Assembly: GCA_965214705.1 (NCBI GenBank)
Contig: CBDCCI010000002.1
Location: 2,016,001-2,080,000, forward strand
Direction of reading: 5' to 3'
Length of the DNA: 64,000 bases
Source of the DNA: Alphaproteobacteria bacterium
GTDB lineage: Bacteria; Pseudomonadota; Alphaproteobacteria; UBA828
The notes under the pieces were generated by a model, which saw nothing but the letters and a program-made list of their open reading frames with translations, was not told the DNA's origin and did no database searches. Below, in pieces: positions 10,426 through 19,952 of this stretch. A program made the position numbers and the translations under genes. Numbering within the stretch: position 1 is the stretch's first letter; the number at the start of each line of letters is the position of its first letter.

Positions 10426-13178
10426 GCGACGTCATCCGCTTCACCCTCGACGGCCGCGCCGTCACCGCGCAGCCGGACGAGACCATCTGGCAGGTAGCCA
10501 AGCGGAACGGGATCGACATTCCTCACCTCTGCTACACGCCGGAGCCGGGCTATCGGCCGGACGGCAACTGCCGGGTCTGCATGGTAGAGATCGAAGGCGA
10601 GCGCGTGCTCGCGGCTTCGTGCATCCGCAAGCCGGCGGATGGCATGGTGGTCCGCGTCGATACGGAGCGTGCGGTGCGCTCCCGCGACATGGTGATGGAG
10701 CTGCTGCTCGCCGATCAGCCCCCGCCCGAGTCCAGCCACGATCCGTCCTGCGAGCTCTGGGACTGGGCGGAGACCATGGAGCTGTCGGCGAGCCGCTTCG
10801 AACCGCGACAGTCCCCTGCCCCCGATTTCAGTCATACCGCGATGGCGGTCAACCTGGATGCCTGCATCCACTGCACACGCTGTGTGCGCGCCTGCCGCGA
10901 GGTGCAGGTCAACGACGTGATCGGCATGGCGGGCCGGGGCGCGCGCAACAAGATCGTCTTCGACTTCGACGACCCGATGGGCGAGAGCACCTGCGTCGCC
11001 TGCGGCGAATGCGTTCAGGCCTGCCCCACCGGCGCGCTGATGCCGGCCAAGGAGGTCGGCAAGGAGACACCGGCCAAGCAGGTCGACAGCGTCTGCCCCT
11101 ATTGCGGTGTCGGCTGCCAGCTCACCTTCAACGTCAAGGACAACAAGATCCTGTGGGTGGACGGCAAGGACGGCCCGGCCAACCACGGCAGGCTCTGCGT
11201 CAAGGGGCGCTTCGGCTTCGACTACGTGAATCACCGGCACCGGCTGACGACGCCGCTGATCCGCCGGGAGGACGCGCCGAAATCGGCCGATATCGATATC
11301 GACCCGGCAAACCCCTTCACCCACTTCCGGGAGGCCACCTGGGACGAAGCGCTCGACGTGGCGGCGGCGGGCCTCAAGCGAATTCGGGATGAGCACGGCC
11401 CCGGCGCGCTCGCCGGCTTCGGCTCCGCCAAGGGATCGAACGAGGAAGCCTATCTCTTCCAGAAGCTCGTCCGCGCAGGCTTCGGCACCAACAACGTCGA
11501 TCACTGCACCCGGCTCTGCCATGCCTCATCGGTGGCGGCGCTGCTGGAATGCATCGGCTCCGGCGCGGTCACCGCCAGCTTCAACCAAGTCGAGCATTCC
11601 GACGTGATCATCGTGATCGGCGCGCAGCCCACCGCGAACCATCCGGTGGCCGCGACCTTCTTCAAGAACGCGGCGAAGCGCGGCGCGAAGCTGATCGTGA
11701 TCGACCCACGCGGCTCGGCGCTCTCCCGCCACGCAAGCCACTTCATGCAGTTCAAGCCCGGCACGGACGTGGCGCTACTCAACGCACTGATGCACGTCAT
11801 CGTCGAGGAAGAGCTTTACGACCGTCAGTACGTCTCGGCCCACACGGAAGGGTTCGAGCAGCTCCGCAACCATCTCAAGGACTACGCGCCGGAGGAGATG
11901 GGGCCGGTCTGCGGCATCGAGCCCGACGTGCTGCGCGAGGTCGCGCGCCTCTACGGGCGTGCCGAGGCCGCGATCATCTTCTGGGGCATGGGCATTTCCC
12001 AGCACATCCACGGCACCGACAATGCCCGCTGCCTGATCTCGCTGGCGCTGATTGCGGGACAGGTGGGCCGCCCCGGCACCGGCCTGCACCCCCTGCGCGG
12101 GCAGAATAACGTACAGGGTGCCTCCGACGCCGGGCTCATCCCGATGATGTACCCGGATTACCAGCGGGTGTCGGACCCTGAGCCGCAAGCGAAATTCACG
12201 GAGTTCTGGGGCACCGAGCTCGACCCCAACGCCGGCCTCACCGTGGTGGAGGTGATGAACGCCGCCCACGAGGGCCAGGTCAGGGGCATGTACATCATGG
12301 GCGAGAACCCGGCGATGTCGGACCCCAACCTGCACCACGTGCGTGAAGCGCTCGCCTCTCTCGACCATTTCGTCGTCCAGGAGCTCTTCCTGACCGAGAC
12401 CGCATGGCACGCCGACGTGGTGCTGCCGGCGTCCGCGTGGCCGGAGAAGGACGGCACGGTCACCAACACCAACCGCCAGGTCCAGATGGGCCGCGTCGCG
12501 CTCACCGCGCCCGACGGCGTCAAGCAGGACTGGTGGATCATCCAGGAGATCGCGCGCCGCATCGGGCTCGACTGGAACTATGGCAGCCCAGCCGATGTCT
12601 TCGCCGAGATGAAGGGCTGCATGCCCTCGCTCGACAACATTAGTTGGGAGAGGCTGCGCCGCGAAGGCGGCGTGACCTATCCCTGCGAGGGCGAAGAGGA
12701 GCCCGGCCGCGACGTGATCTTCGAGGACGGCTATCCGACCCCGAGCAAGCGCGGCAAGCTGGTACCCGCCGGCATCGTGCCGCCGGACGAATCGCCCGAC
12801 GACGAGTTTCCCATGGTGCTGACCACGGGCCGCATGCTCGAGCACTGGCACACAGGCGCCATGACCCGGCGTGCCGCGGTGCTCGACCACCTCGAGCCCG
12901 AAGCCGTCGCCCACCTCGCGCCGGCGGAGCTTGAGCGCATGCACATCGCGCCGGGCGCGCCGATCACGGTGGAGACCCGGCGCGGCGCCATCGGCCTTCG
13001 CGCCCGCGCCGATGCGGGCGTTCCTGCCGGCGTGGTCTTCGTCCCGTTCTGCTTTGCCGAGGCCGCCAGCAACATGCTGACCAACCCGGCCCTCGACCCC
13101 TTCGGAAAGATCCCCGAGTTCAAGTACTGCGCCGCTCGCGTCACCCCGGCCGTGGCCCCTGCCGAAGCGGCTGAGTAA
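10422..13178 (+). CDS. fdhF: Formate dehydrogenase alpha subunit (Mo/W-bisPGD, Cys ligand)
   Basis: Fe-S motifs CRVC, CIHCTRCVRAC, CPYCGVGC; active site DHCTRLCHAS; PLRGQNNVQG. Confidence 0.92.
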   Translation: MSDVIRFTLDGRAVTAQPDETIWQVAKRNGIDIPHLCYTPEPGYRPDGNCRVCMVEIEGERVLAASCIRKPADGMVVRVDTERAVRSRDMVMELLLADQPPPESSHDPSCELWDWAETMELSASRFEPRQSPAPDFSHTAMAVNLDACIHCTRCVRACREVQVNDVIGMAGRGARNKIVFDFDDPMGESTCVACGECVQACPTGALMPAKEVGKETPAKQVDSVCPYCGVGCQLTFNVKDNKILWVDGKDGPANHGRLCVKGRFGFDYVNHRHRLTTPLIRREDAPKSADIDIDPANPFTHFREATWDEALDVAAAGLKRIRDEHGPGALAGFGSAKGSNEEAYLFQKLVRAGFGTNNVDHCTRLCHASSVAALLECIGSGAVTASFNQVEHSDVIIVIGAQPTANHPVAATFFKNAAKRGAKLIVIDPRGSALSRHASHFMQFKPGTDVALLNALMHVIVEEELYDRQYVSAHTEGFEQLRNHLKDYAPEEMGPVCGIEPDVLREVARLYGRAEAAIIFWGMGISQHIHGTDNARCLISLALIAGQVGRPGTGLHPLRGQNNVQGASDAGLIPMMYPDYQRVSDPEPQAKFTEFWGTELDPNAGLTVVEVMNAAHEGQVRGMYIMGENPAMSDPNLHHVREALASLDHFVVQELFLTETAWHADVVLPASAWPEKDGTVTNTNRQVQMGRVALTAPDGVKQDWWIIQEIARRIGLDWNYGSPADVFAEMKGCMPSLDNISWERLRREGGVTYPCEGEEEPGRDVIFEDGYPTPSKRGKLVPAGIVPPDESPDDEFPMVLTTGRMLEHWHTGAMTRRAAVLDHLEPEAVAHLAPAELERMHIAPGAPITVETRRGAIGLRARADAGVPAGVVFVPFCFAEAASNMLTNPALDPFGKIPEFKYCAARVTPAVAPAEAAE

Positions 13179-13185
13179 CCCCTAA

Positions 13186-14387
13186 GGAAGGTCTGATCAA
13201 GTCGGGTGTACCATGATTTTCGTAGGAGTCGCAGATTGGATGATCGGGTCATGGCACAGGCGAGCTTTTCGGAACTGGAGCACGACTTGAAGAAGCGCCG
13301 GACGCGGCGCGAGCTGTTCCTGGAGAAGATGGACAAGCTGGTTCCCTGGGAGCGGCTGGAACGGCGGATCGAGCCGTTCTATCCGAAGGCGGGGCGCGGT
13401 CGGCGCCCGTACCCGCTTGCGGTGATGCTGCGCGTTCACTGCGTGCAGCTGTTCTACAACCTGAGCGATCCGGGGATGGAGGACCTGCTCTACGAGGTGG
13501 AGTCGGTGCGGCGTTTCGTGGGGCTGCGGCTGGCGGAGGCGTTGCCTGACGAGACCACCATCCTGAACTTCCGGCATCTTCTGGAGAAGCACGGCCTGGG
13601 CGAGGGTCTGTTCGAGGAGATCAATGCGCACCTGGCGTCGCGCGGCCATTGGCTGCGCACGGGGACGATCGTTGACGCGAGCATCATCGAGGCGCCGTCG
13701 TCGACGAAGAACCGGCGCCGCGCACGGGACCCTGAGATGCGTCAGACGAGGAAGGGCAAGCAGTGGTATTTCGGGATGAAGGCGCACATCGGGGTGGACG
13801 CCGGGTCGGGTCTGGCACACAGCGTGGTGACGACGGCGGCCAACGCAAGCGACGTGACGCAGGCGGGAGCGCTGCTGCATGGCGCTGAGACGACGGCGTG
13901 GGGCGACGCGGGCTACCAGGGGGTGGAGAAGCGTCCCGAGCACCGGGATGGCGGTGTCGAGTGGCGTGTGGCGATGAAGCCGGGGCGGCGCCGGCTGCTG
14001 GCCGGGGGTGGCGCCGAAGCGGCGGCCGAGACGCGCAAGGCGTCGGTGCGGGCGAAGGTGGAGCATCCGTTCCTGTACGTGAAGCGGCACTTCGGCTACG
14101 CCAAGGTGCGCTACCGGGGCGTGGCGAAGAACAGGCAGCGCATCGCGTTGCTGCTGGGGTTCTCGAACCTGCTGATCGCCGGCCGCTACGCGACGCAATG
14201 ACAGGGGAGCAGTCCGCCCGCCGCCGGCGGGACGACGGGGAATGCGGCGGATCGACGCGGATATCGCCCGTTCGCTCCGTATCCCGCGACAAAAGCAGCC
14301 CCCGGCCTGCCGGCAATATCGTCGAGCTTCAAATCCAAGCCCCCTCTCCCCCTCGAAGCCGCCAAGATGGGGTTGTTCAGACTTTCC
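13186..14387 (+). mobile_element. IS5-family element, copy 2 (1202 bp)
   Basis: Same ends as copy 1; TSD CTAA at 13182-13185 and 14388-14391. Confidence 0.93.
13251..14201 (+). CDS. IS5-family DDE transposase
   Basis: Translation identical to 6555-7505. Confidence 0.93.
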   Translation: MAQASFSELEHDLKKRRTRRELFLEKMDKLVPWERLERRIEPFYPKAGRGRRPYPLAVMLRVHCVQLFYNLSDPGMEDLLYEVESVRRFVGLRLAEALPDETTILNFRHLLEKHGLGEGLFEEINAHLASRGHWLRTGTIVDASIIEAPSSTKNRRRARDPEMRQTRKGKQWYFGMKAHIGVDAGSGLAHSVVTTAANASDVTQAGALLHGAETTAWGDAGYQGVEKRPEHRDGGVEWRVAMKPGRRRLLAGGGAEAAAETRKASVRAKVEHPFLYVKRHFGYAKVRYRGVAKNRQRIALLLGFSNLLIAGRYATQ

Positions 14388-14630
14388 CTAAAGCGCGCCT
14401 CCTCGCGCCACCGCCGACCCGACCGATTTAACGCCCCGCACCATCGTGCGGTGCACGGCACGCGGCGGCTGCGTCAAGATCGCGCCATGCAGGGCGAGAG
14501 CAAACAAGTCGCAGCAGGCACGATGAGCTGGGGCGCGAGACTCATCTTCACGCGCACGACCTTCAGGCGTGCGGCACCGTCGCCACCGCTATCGGCGTCG
14601 GCCGCGGCTCTGGATCGAGAGACGCCGTCT

Positions 14631-14740
14631 TGAGCCACTGTGAGCCACTTTGGGCCGGAATGAGCCGCTTCGAGAGAGGCCGCCCTGGACCACCTTGGGC
14701 CACTTTGAGCCACTTTGGGCCGGCGTAGGCCGGAATAGGC
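14631..14740. repeat. Degenerate 10-bp-period tandem repeat (TGRGCCACTT)
   Basis: tgagccactg tgagccactt tgggccggaa tgagccgctt ... tggaccacct tgggccactt tgagccactt tgggccggcg taggccggaa. Confidence 0.75.
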
Positions 14741-14777
14741 GTAAGCGCTGCGAGCGCCCCACCTTACGGCTTTCTCT

Positions 14778-15260
14778 GTGATGAGGTTCGATGATCCTCT
14801 GGCTGTGGAGGATCATGCGATGGATGGTTTCGATATTCTGCGTGGGTCGGTTCCGCGACAAGCGAAGGAAGAGGTTGGCGACGAGGACGAGGCAAGCAAG
14901 GCCTCGGAGGGTTCGCAGGACGGCGCGCGTCAGCGAGAGTGGTCGGACGAAGAGAAGGCGTGGATCGTCCAAGAGAGTTTTGAGCGGGGGACGACCGTAG
15001 AGGAGGTGGCCGAGCGCCACGGGGTACCCCCTCGTCGGCTTTCGTACTGGCGCAAGCTGGCTCGCAAGGGCGAGCTCGTGGTTCCCCCGGCGGCGCCGAG
15101 CGAGGGACCGTTTGCCACCGTTGAGGTGGAGTCTGCCCCCGCACCTGCCCATGTGGGCTCGGTCTCGATCGAGGCACGCGGCGTGACGGTACGCCTCGAC
15201 GGCGACGTGAGCACGGTGCGCATCACGTCGATCGCCTCGGCGTTGCGAGCGCTTCGATGA
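14778..15260 (+). CDS. tnpA: IS66 accessory protein TnpA (HTH)
   Basis: REWSDEEKAWIVQES...VAERHGV...LSYWRK; start uncertain. Confidence 0.8.
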   Translation: MMRFDDPLAVEDHAMDGFDILRGSVPRQAKEEVGDEDEASKASEGSQDGARQREWSDEEKAWIVQESFERGTTVEEVAERHGVPPRRLSYWRKLARKGELVVPPAAPSEGPFATVEVESAPAPAHVGSVSIEARGVTVRLDGDVSTVRITSIASALRALR

Positions 15261-15610
15261 TCGTTCCGGGCTCCGGCCTGCGGATCGTGGTGGCGACGCG
15301 GCCGGTTGATTTCAGGAAGCAGCACGACGGGCTTGCTGCGATCGTCGCGAGCGATCTCGGTCTGGACCCCTATTCGGGGCTTGTCGTGGTGTTTCGCTGC
15401 AAGCGCGCGGACCGGATCAAGGTGCTGTGGTGGGACGGCACGGGCTTGGTGTTGGCGCACAAGCGTCTGGAGGAGAGCCGCTTTGCCTGGCCCACGGTTC
15501 GCGACGGCACGATGCGTCTGTCGCGCGCGCAATTCGAGGCGCTGTTCGAGGGCCTGGACTGGCGCCGGGTGTGGAGCCGGCGGGCGCGCAAGCCGCTTGC
15601 GGCGGCGTGA
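15257..15610 (+). CDS. tnpB: IS66 accessory protein TnpB
   Basis: PVDFRKQHDGL, DRIKVLWWDGTGL..KRLE. Confidence 0.92.
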   Translation: MIVPGSGLRIVVATRPVDFRKQHDGLAAIVASDLGLDPYSGLVVVFRCKRADRIKVLWWDGTGLVLAHKRLEESRFAWPTVRDGTMRLSRAQFEALFEGLDWRRVWSRRARKPLAAA

Positions 15611-15684
15611 TGCAGGGGCGGCACAGCCCACTTTTGCGCTCTCTCTTCTTTACTAAGTAGCTGATTCCGTGATAGTATTCTGCG

Positions 15685-17340
15685 ATGGAGACGGGCACCG
15701 GCAACGTCGATCTCGGCGCGCTCGCACGCCCCTACCGGGCGCTGTTCGAGGCGCAGCAGGCGGCTCTTGAGGCGCTTCGCGCCGAGAATGCGGCGCTGAG
15801 CGCTCGCAACCGCCGTCTCGAGGAGCAAGACCCGGAAGCGGCGGTCGAGACCCTGCGCGCCAAGGTCGCCTCGCTCACCGAGCAGAACCAGCGTCTTGAA
15901 CATCTGCTCAACGAGTTGCGCCGGGCGATGTTCGGGAAGAAGTCCGAGAAGCTCCATCCCGACCAGCTCCTGCTCGCCTTCGAGGAGCTCGAAGGCGCGC
16001 TTGCCGAGGCCGAGGAAGAGACCCCGGCGAGCACGACGCGGCCGCCGCGCGCGAAGCGCCCCGCTGCGGAACGCAACATCGGTCATCTGCCGGCCCACTT
16101 GCCGCGCACCTACGAGGTTGTCGAGCCCGAGAGCAGGCTGTGCCCGTGCGGCTGCGGTGAGATGGTGAAGATCGGCGAGGACCGCACCGAGCGGCTCAAC
16201 ATCGTTCCGGCGCAACTTCAGGTCATCGTCACGATCCGGCCGAAGTACGCCTGCCGCAGTTGCGAGGAAGGCGTCACCCAGGCGCCGGCGCCGGCGCACC
16301 TCATCGAGGGCGGGCTGCCCACCGAGGGCATGCTCGCCCACGTGCTGGTGTCGAAGTTCGCGGACCACCTCCCGCTGTACCGGCAATCGCAGATCTACGC
16401 CCGCTCGGGCATCGAGCTGCACCGTTCGACGCTGGCCGAGTGGGTCGGCAAGGCGTCGTTCCACCTGCGGCCCGTGTTCGACTGCCTGAAGGGGGAGTTG
16501 AAGACGTCGAGCAACCTCGGCCTGGACGAGACCACGGTTCGGGTTCTCGACCCGGGCCGGGGCAAGACCAAGACCGGCTACATGTGGACGATGGCGCGCG
16601 ACGAGCGGGCATGGTGCGGGGCCGATCCGCCGGGCGTGGTGTACGATTATGCGCCCAGCCGCAGCGGCAAGCATGGCGAGAAGCTGCTCGCGGGCTTCAA
16701 GGGAACGGTGCAGGTCGACGGCTATTCCGGCCACAACCGGCTGCGCCGGCCGGATCGATCCGGAGGAGCACTGACGCTCGCGGCGTGCTGGGTCCACGCC
16801 AGGCGCGGCCTCAAGGAGGTGTTCGACAGCAACGCCTCGCCGATCGCCAAGGCCGGTCTGGAGCGCATCGCTCAGCTCTACAGGATCGAAGATAAGATCC
16901 GGGGCGAGCCGCCGGCGACGCGCCAGTTCGTTCGATGGACCGAGTCCGCGCCGCTGGTGAACGCCTTCGGCGTCTGGCTCGACGAGCAGCGCTCGCTGGT
17001 CTCGCCGCGCTCGCGCCTCGGCGAGAAGCTGACCTACATCGCCAACCAGTGGGAGGGGTTGCTGGAGTTCCTGTACGACGGGCGCGTCGAGATGGACAGC
17101 AACTTCGTCGAGAACCGAATCCGTCCGATCAAACTCACGGCCAAGAACGCGTTGTTCGCCGGCCACGACGAAGGCGCTATCTCTTGGGGCCGGATCGCTT
17201 CGCTGATCGAGACCTGCAAGATGAATGGGGTCGAGCCCTACGCCTGGCTCAAGAGCACGCTGGAGAAGATCGCCGCCGGCCACCCCCAATCCAAAATCGA
17301 CGAACTCCTGCCCTGGAACTTCGACCCGGCGTCAAGCTGA
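15685..17340 (+). CDS. tnpC: IS66 transposase TnpC
   Basis: FGKKSEK, CPCGC zinc finger, KFADHLPLYRQ, DETT, ACWVHARR, ELLPWNF. Confidence 0.95.
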   Translation: METGTGNVDLGALARPYRALFEAQQAALEALRAENAALSARNRRLEEQDPEAAVETLRAKVASLTEQNQRLEHLLNELRRAMFGKKSEKLHPDQLLLAFEELEGALAEAEEETPASTTRPPRAKRPAAERNIGHLPAHLPRTYEVVEPESRLCPCGCGEMVKIGEDRTERLNIVPAQLQVIVTIRPKYACRSCEEGVTQAPAPAHLIEGGLPTEGMLAHVLVSKFADHLPLYRQSQIYARSGIELHRSTLAEWVGKASFHLRPVFDCLKGELKTSSNLGLDETTVRVLDPGRGKTKTGYMWTMARDERAWCGADPPGVVYDYAPSRSGKHGEKLLAGFKGTVQVDGYSGHNRLRRPDRSGGALTLAACWVHARRGLKEVFDSNASPIAKAGLERIAQLYRIEDKIRGEPPATRQFVRWTESAPLVNAFGVWLDEQRSLVSPRSRLGEKLTYIANQWEGLLEFLYDGRVEMDSNFVENRIRPIKLTAKNALFAGHDEGAISWGRIASLIETCKMNGVEPYAWLKSTLEKIAAGHPQSKIDELLPWNFDPASS

Positions 17341-17492
17341 AAAGCAGGGTGGGGCGCTCGCAGCGCTTACGAATAGGCCGCAATAAATTAGTCTTTGAAC
17401 ATATCCCAGATTCATCCCTTCACGAGGACGGGTCACAGAGACGGGTGAGAACAGGCAATATGCGTCGCGCAACTTGCGCCTCACAGGTGCAT

Positions 17493-17634
17493 AGAGCGTT
17501 TCCGTTTCACACGGAAACGCTCTCGCATTTTATCGCTCACGGCAGCCGGCCTTCGGCCGGCGCCTCCGCGAGGGCGCCGCAGGAGCGGCGGGCCGCAGTC
17601 GCGGCCTGCGCGTGTCCGTCAAAGACGGACACGC
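17493..17634. repeat. Pair of related palindromes (REP/RIME-like)
   Basis: 13-bp stem AGAGCGTTTCCGT-ttcac-ACGGAAACGCTCT (17493-17523) and 11-bp stem GCGTGTCCGTC-aaa-GACGGACACGC (17610-17634). Confidence 0.5.
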
Positions 17635-17713
17635 TATAGGCACGCGGAGCAGGCCGCGTTCGCGGTGGAACTTCGGGTCGGGGGTGGTGGCGGTTCTGCG
17701 TTTTCCGGCTTGC

Positions 17714-18442
17714 TTACGGCGACCCGCCCCGGCCGGAGAGGGGCACGACCGTCGTGGAGACCGCCTCGGCGGGGTCGTCCTCTTCGGTGTCTTCGGGCAC
17801 ACACCTGCCCTCTTCCTCCGACGACAACCGAGCGGACGCCTCGTCTTGTCCTTCCGCCGCCGGGTCAGGGCTGTCGAGCAGGCCCGCAGCCTCCAGCTCG
17901 TCGACGCCGGGAAGGTCGTCGAGGCTTTCCAGCCCGAAATGCTCCATGAATGACGGCGTGGTCACCCAGGTGACGGGGCGGCCGGGCGTGCGCCGGCGCC
18001 CCTTCGGCGCGATCCAGCCGGCCTCCAGCAGGATGTCGAGCGTGCCCCGCCCCAGGTGGACACCGCGAATCTCTTCCACCTCCGCCCGCGTCACCGGCTG
18101 GTGGTAGGCGATGATCGCAAGCGTCTCCAGAGCCGCGCGCGACAAACGCCGGCGGACCACCCTGTGTACGGCCAGGTGGTCGGCCAAATCCTGGGCGGTG
18201 CGGAAGGTCCAGCCGCCGGCGACCTTCACGAGATGGATGCCGCGGTGCTCGTAGAATGCGGCGAGCGCCGCGAGCTCCCCCTCGACATCGATGCCGTCCG
18301 GCACCTGCGCCGCGAGCGTCGCGGCATCGACCGGCCGGCCGGCCGCGAAGATCATCGCCTCCATGATGCGGCGCGCTCGGGCCGCACGCTCCTCGTCCTC
18401 GGTGGGCTCTGCGGACAGTGACGGCTCGGGCGAATCGGTCAT
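17714..18442 (-). CDS. scpB: SMC-Scp complex subunit ScpB
   Basis: LSRAALETLAIIAYHQPVTRAEVEEIRGV; GRRRTPGRP. Confidence 0.95.
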   Translation of the reverse strand: MTDSPEPSLSAEPTEDEERAARARRIMEAMIFAAGRPVDAATLAAQVPDGIDVEGELAALAAFYEHRGIHLVKVAGGWTFRTAQDLADHLAVHRVVRRRLSRAALETLAIIAYHQPVTRAEVEEIRGVHLGRGTLDILLEAGWIAPKGRRRTPGRPVTWVTTPSFMEHFGLESLDDLPGVDELEAAGLLDSPDPAAEGQDEASARLSSEEEGRCVPEDTEEDDPAEAVSTTVVPLSGRGGSP

Positions 18443-19260
18443 GTCTCTTCCCGCCTCCGGCGGAGGTAGATCGGGCCGAACGGTTCCAACTGGCGAAGCT
18501 GCAACTGGCCCTCGCGCGCAAGCTCCAGCGACGCAGCCAATGTACTCGCCACGCCCGAGCGCGCGGCCGCATCGCTCTCGGGGCCAGGGCCGCTCGGCAG
18601 AAAGCGCTCCAGGATTTCCCAGTCCGGCGTGCTGCCCAGCAACTGAGTCAACCGCTTGTAGGCGTCTTCCATCGAGTGATAGGCGCTGAGCTCGATCAGC
18701 AGACCGCGGGGTTTACGGCGGATGCGATGGGCGGCATAGGCGCGCAACAGCTCGACGAGCGTGCCCTCGTGCAGCGCTTCCTCATGCACGGGCAGGCCCT
18801 CGGCGGCGCCGGCGGCGAAGACGTCCCGCCCGAGCTGCGGTCGGTCCATCAGGATCGCAGCGGCGTCGCGCATCGCGGCCAGGCGCCGCAGCCTGAGGGC
18901 GAGCGCGGCGGCCATCTCGGGCCCGCTCGGCTCCTCGGCGTCCTCCCCCTCGTCAGGCAGGAGCAGGCGCGACTTGAGGTAGGCGAGCCACGCCGCCATG
19001 ACCAGATAGTTGGCCGCAAGCTCCAAGCGAAGCCGGCGCGCTTGGGCGACGTAGTCCAGATACTGCTCGGCCAGCGCCAGTATCGAGATGCGGGCGAGGT
19101 CGACCTTCTGGTTGCGGGCCAGCGTGAGCAACAGGTCGAGCGGCCCCTCGAACCCGTCGAGATTGACGATCAGCGTAGGCTCGTCGCCGGCCGCGCTTGG
19201 GTCGCGCGCGGCCGAGCCCTCCGCGCTCGCGTCGTCTTCAAACGGTGTCAGATCGACCAT
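18439..19260 (-). CDS. scpA: Segregation/condensation protein ScpA
   Basis: FEGPLDLLLTLAR, YLVMAAWLAYLKSRLLLP; ATG at 19260. Confidence 0.93.
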   Translation of the reverse strand: MVDLTPFEDDASAEGSAARDPSAAGDEPTLIVNLDGFEGPLDLLLTLARNQKVDLARISILALAEQYLDYVAQARRLRLELAANYLVMAAWLAYLKSRLLLPDEGEDAEEPSGPEMAAALALRLRRLAAMRDAAAILMDRPQLGRDVFAAGAAEGLPVHEEALHEGTLVELLRAYAAHRIRRKPRGLLIELSAYHSMEDAYKRLTQLLGSTPDWEILERFLPSGPGPESDAAARSGVASTLAASLELAREGQLQLRQLEPFGPIYLRRRREET

Positions 19261-19952
19261 GACACCAGTGCCTCCACGCCGAATAGGCCGACGATCAACT
19301 CGAAGGCCGCTGCCGTTGGCGGCAGGATGATCGCCGCCAGCGGGTTGAACGCGCTGCCGAACTCGGCCGCGGCCAGCGGCACGAGAAAGAACGCGACCAG
19401 CACGGCAATTATACCGAAGCGCTCGAGTCGCGCGAAACGCTCGGCATGGCGCGGCGGCAGCAGGCCGTGCACCACGCGGCCGCCGTCCAGCGGCGGCACC
19501 GGCAGCATGTTGAAGATGGCCAGCACCAGATTGATGACGATGCCGAGGGTGAACGTCGCCTGCCACCACTCCGCCAGCGATGCCGGAAGGGCCGTCGCCA
19601 CGTGGAGCAGCAACGCCGAGACGCAGGCCAGCAGGATGTTCATCCCCGGCCCCGCGAGCGCCACCAGGACCATGCCGCCCCTGGGGTTGCGCAGCCGCGC
19701 CGGGTTGACCGGCACGGGCTTCGCGAAGCCGAAGACGAAGGGCGCGCCAACGGCGATGAGCGCGCCCGGCAGCAGGATCGTGCCCACCGGATGAACGTGC
19801 TTGATCGGATTGAGGGTGATTCGACCAAGCCTCTGCGCCGTGTCGTCGCCGAGCTTGAGCGCCGCCCAGCCGTGCGCGGCCTCGTGCAGGGTGATGGCGA
19901 ATAGCACCGGTATCACCCAGACCGATGCGGCGAGGAGCCACGCCTCGATCAC
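19248..19952 (-). CDS. Site-2 protease (M50) family membrane metalloprotease
   Basis: HEAAH zinc motif, LAGPGMN, FNMLPVPPLDGG. Confidence 0.92.
   Translation of the reverse strand: MIEAWLLAASVWVIPVLFAITLHEAAHGWAALKLGDDTAQRLGRITLNPIKHVHPVGTILLPGALIAVGAPFVFGFAKPVPVNPARLRNPRGGMVLVALAGPGMNILLACVSALLLHVATALPASLAEWWQATFTLGIVINLVLAIFNMLPVPPLDGGRVVHGLLPPRHAERFARLERFGIIAVLVAFFLVPLAAAEFGSAFNPLAAIILPPTAAAFELIVGLFGVEALVSWSI

Larger units (their letters stand above)
14741..17370 (+). mobile_element. IS66-family element (2630 bp)
   Basis: Perfect 23-bp IR GTAAGCGCTGCGAGCGCCCCACC; 8-bp TSD GAATAGGC (14733-14740, 17371-17378); tnpABC inside. Confidence 0.95.

Noticed and set aside
6490-14387. Composite transposon carrying dksA and formate dehydrogenase
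   Set aside because: Each IS5 has its own TSD (TTAG vs CTAA), so they are independent insertions
14631-14720. Link between the TGAGCCACTT repeats and the IS end GAGCCACTTGCAAAA, or a CRISPR array
   Set aside because: A 9-bp match may be chance, and the tract has no spacers
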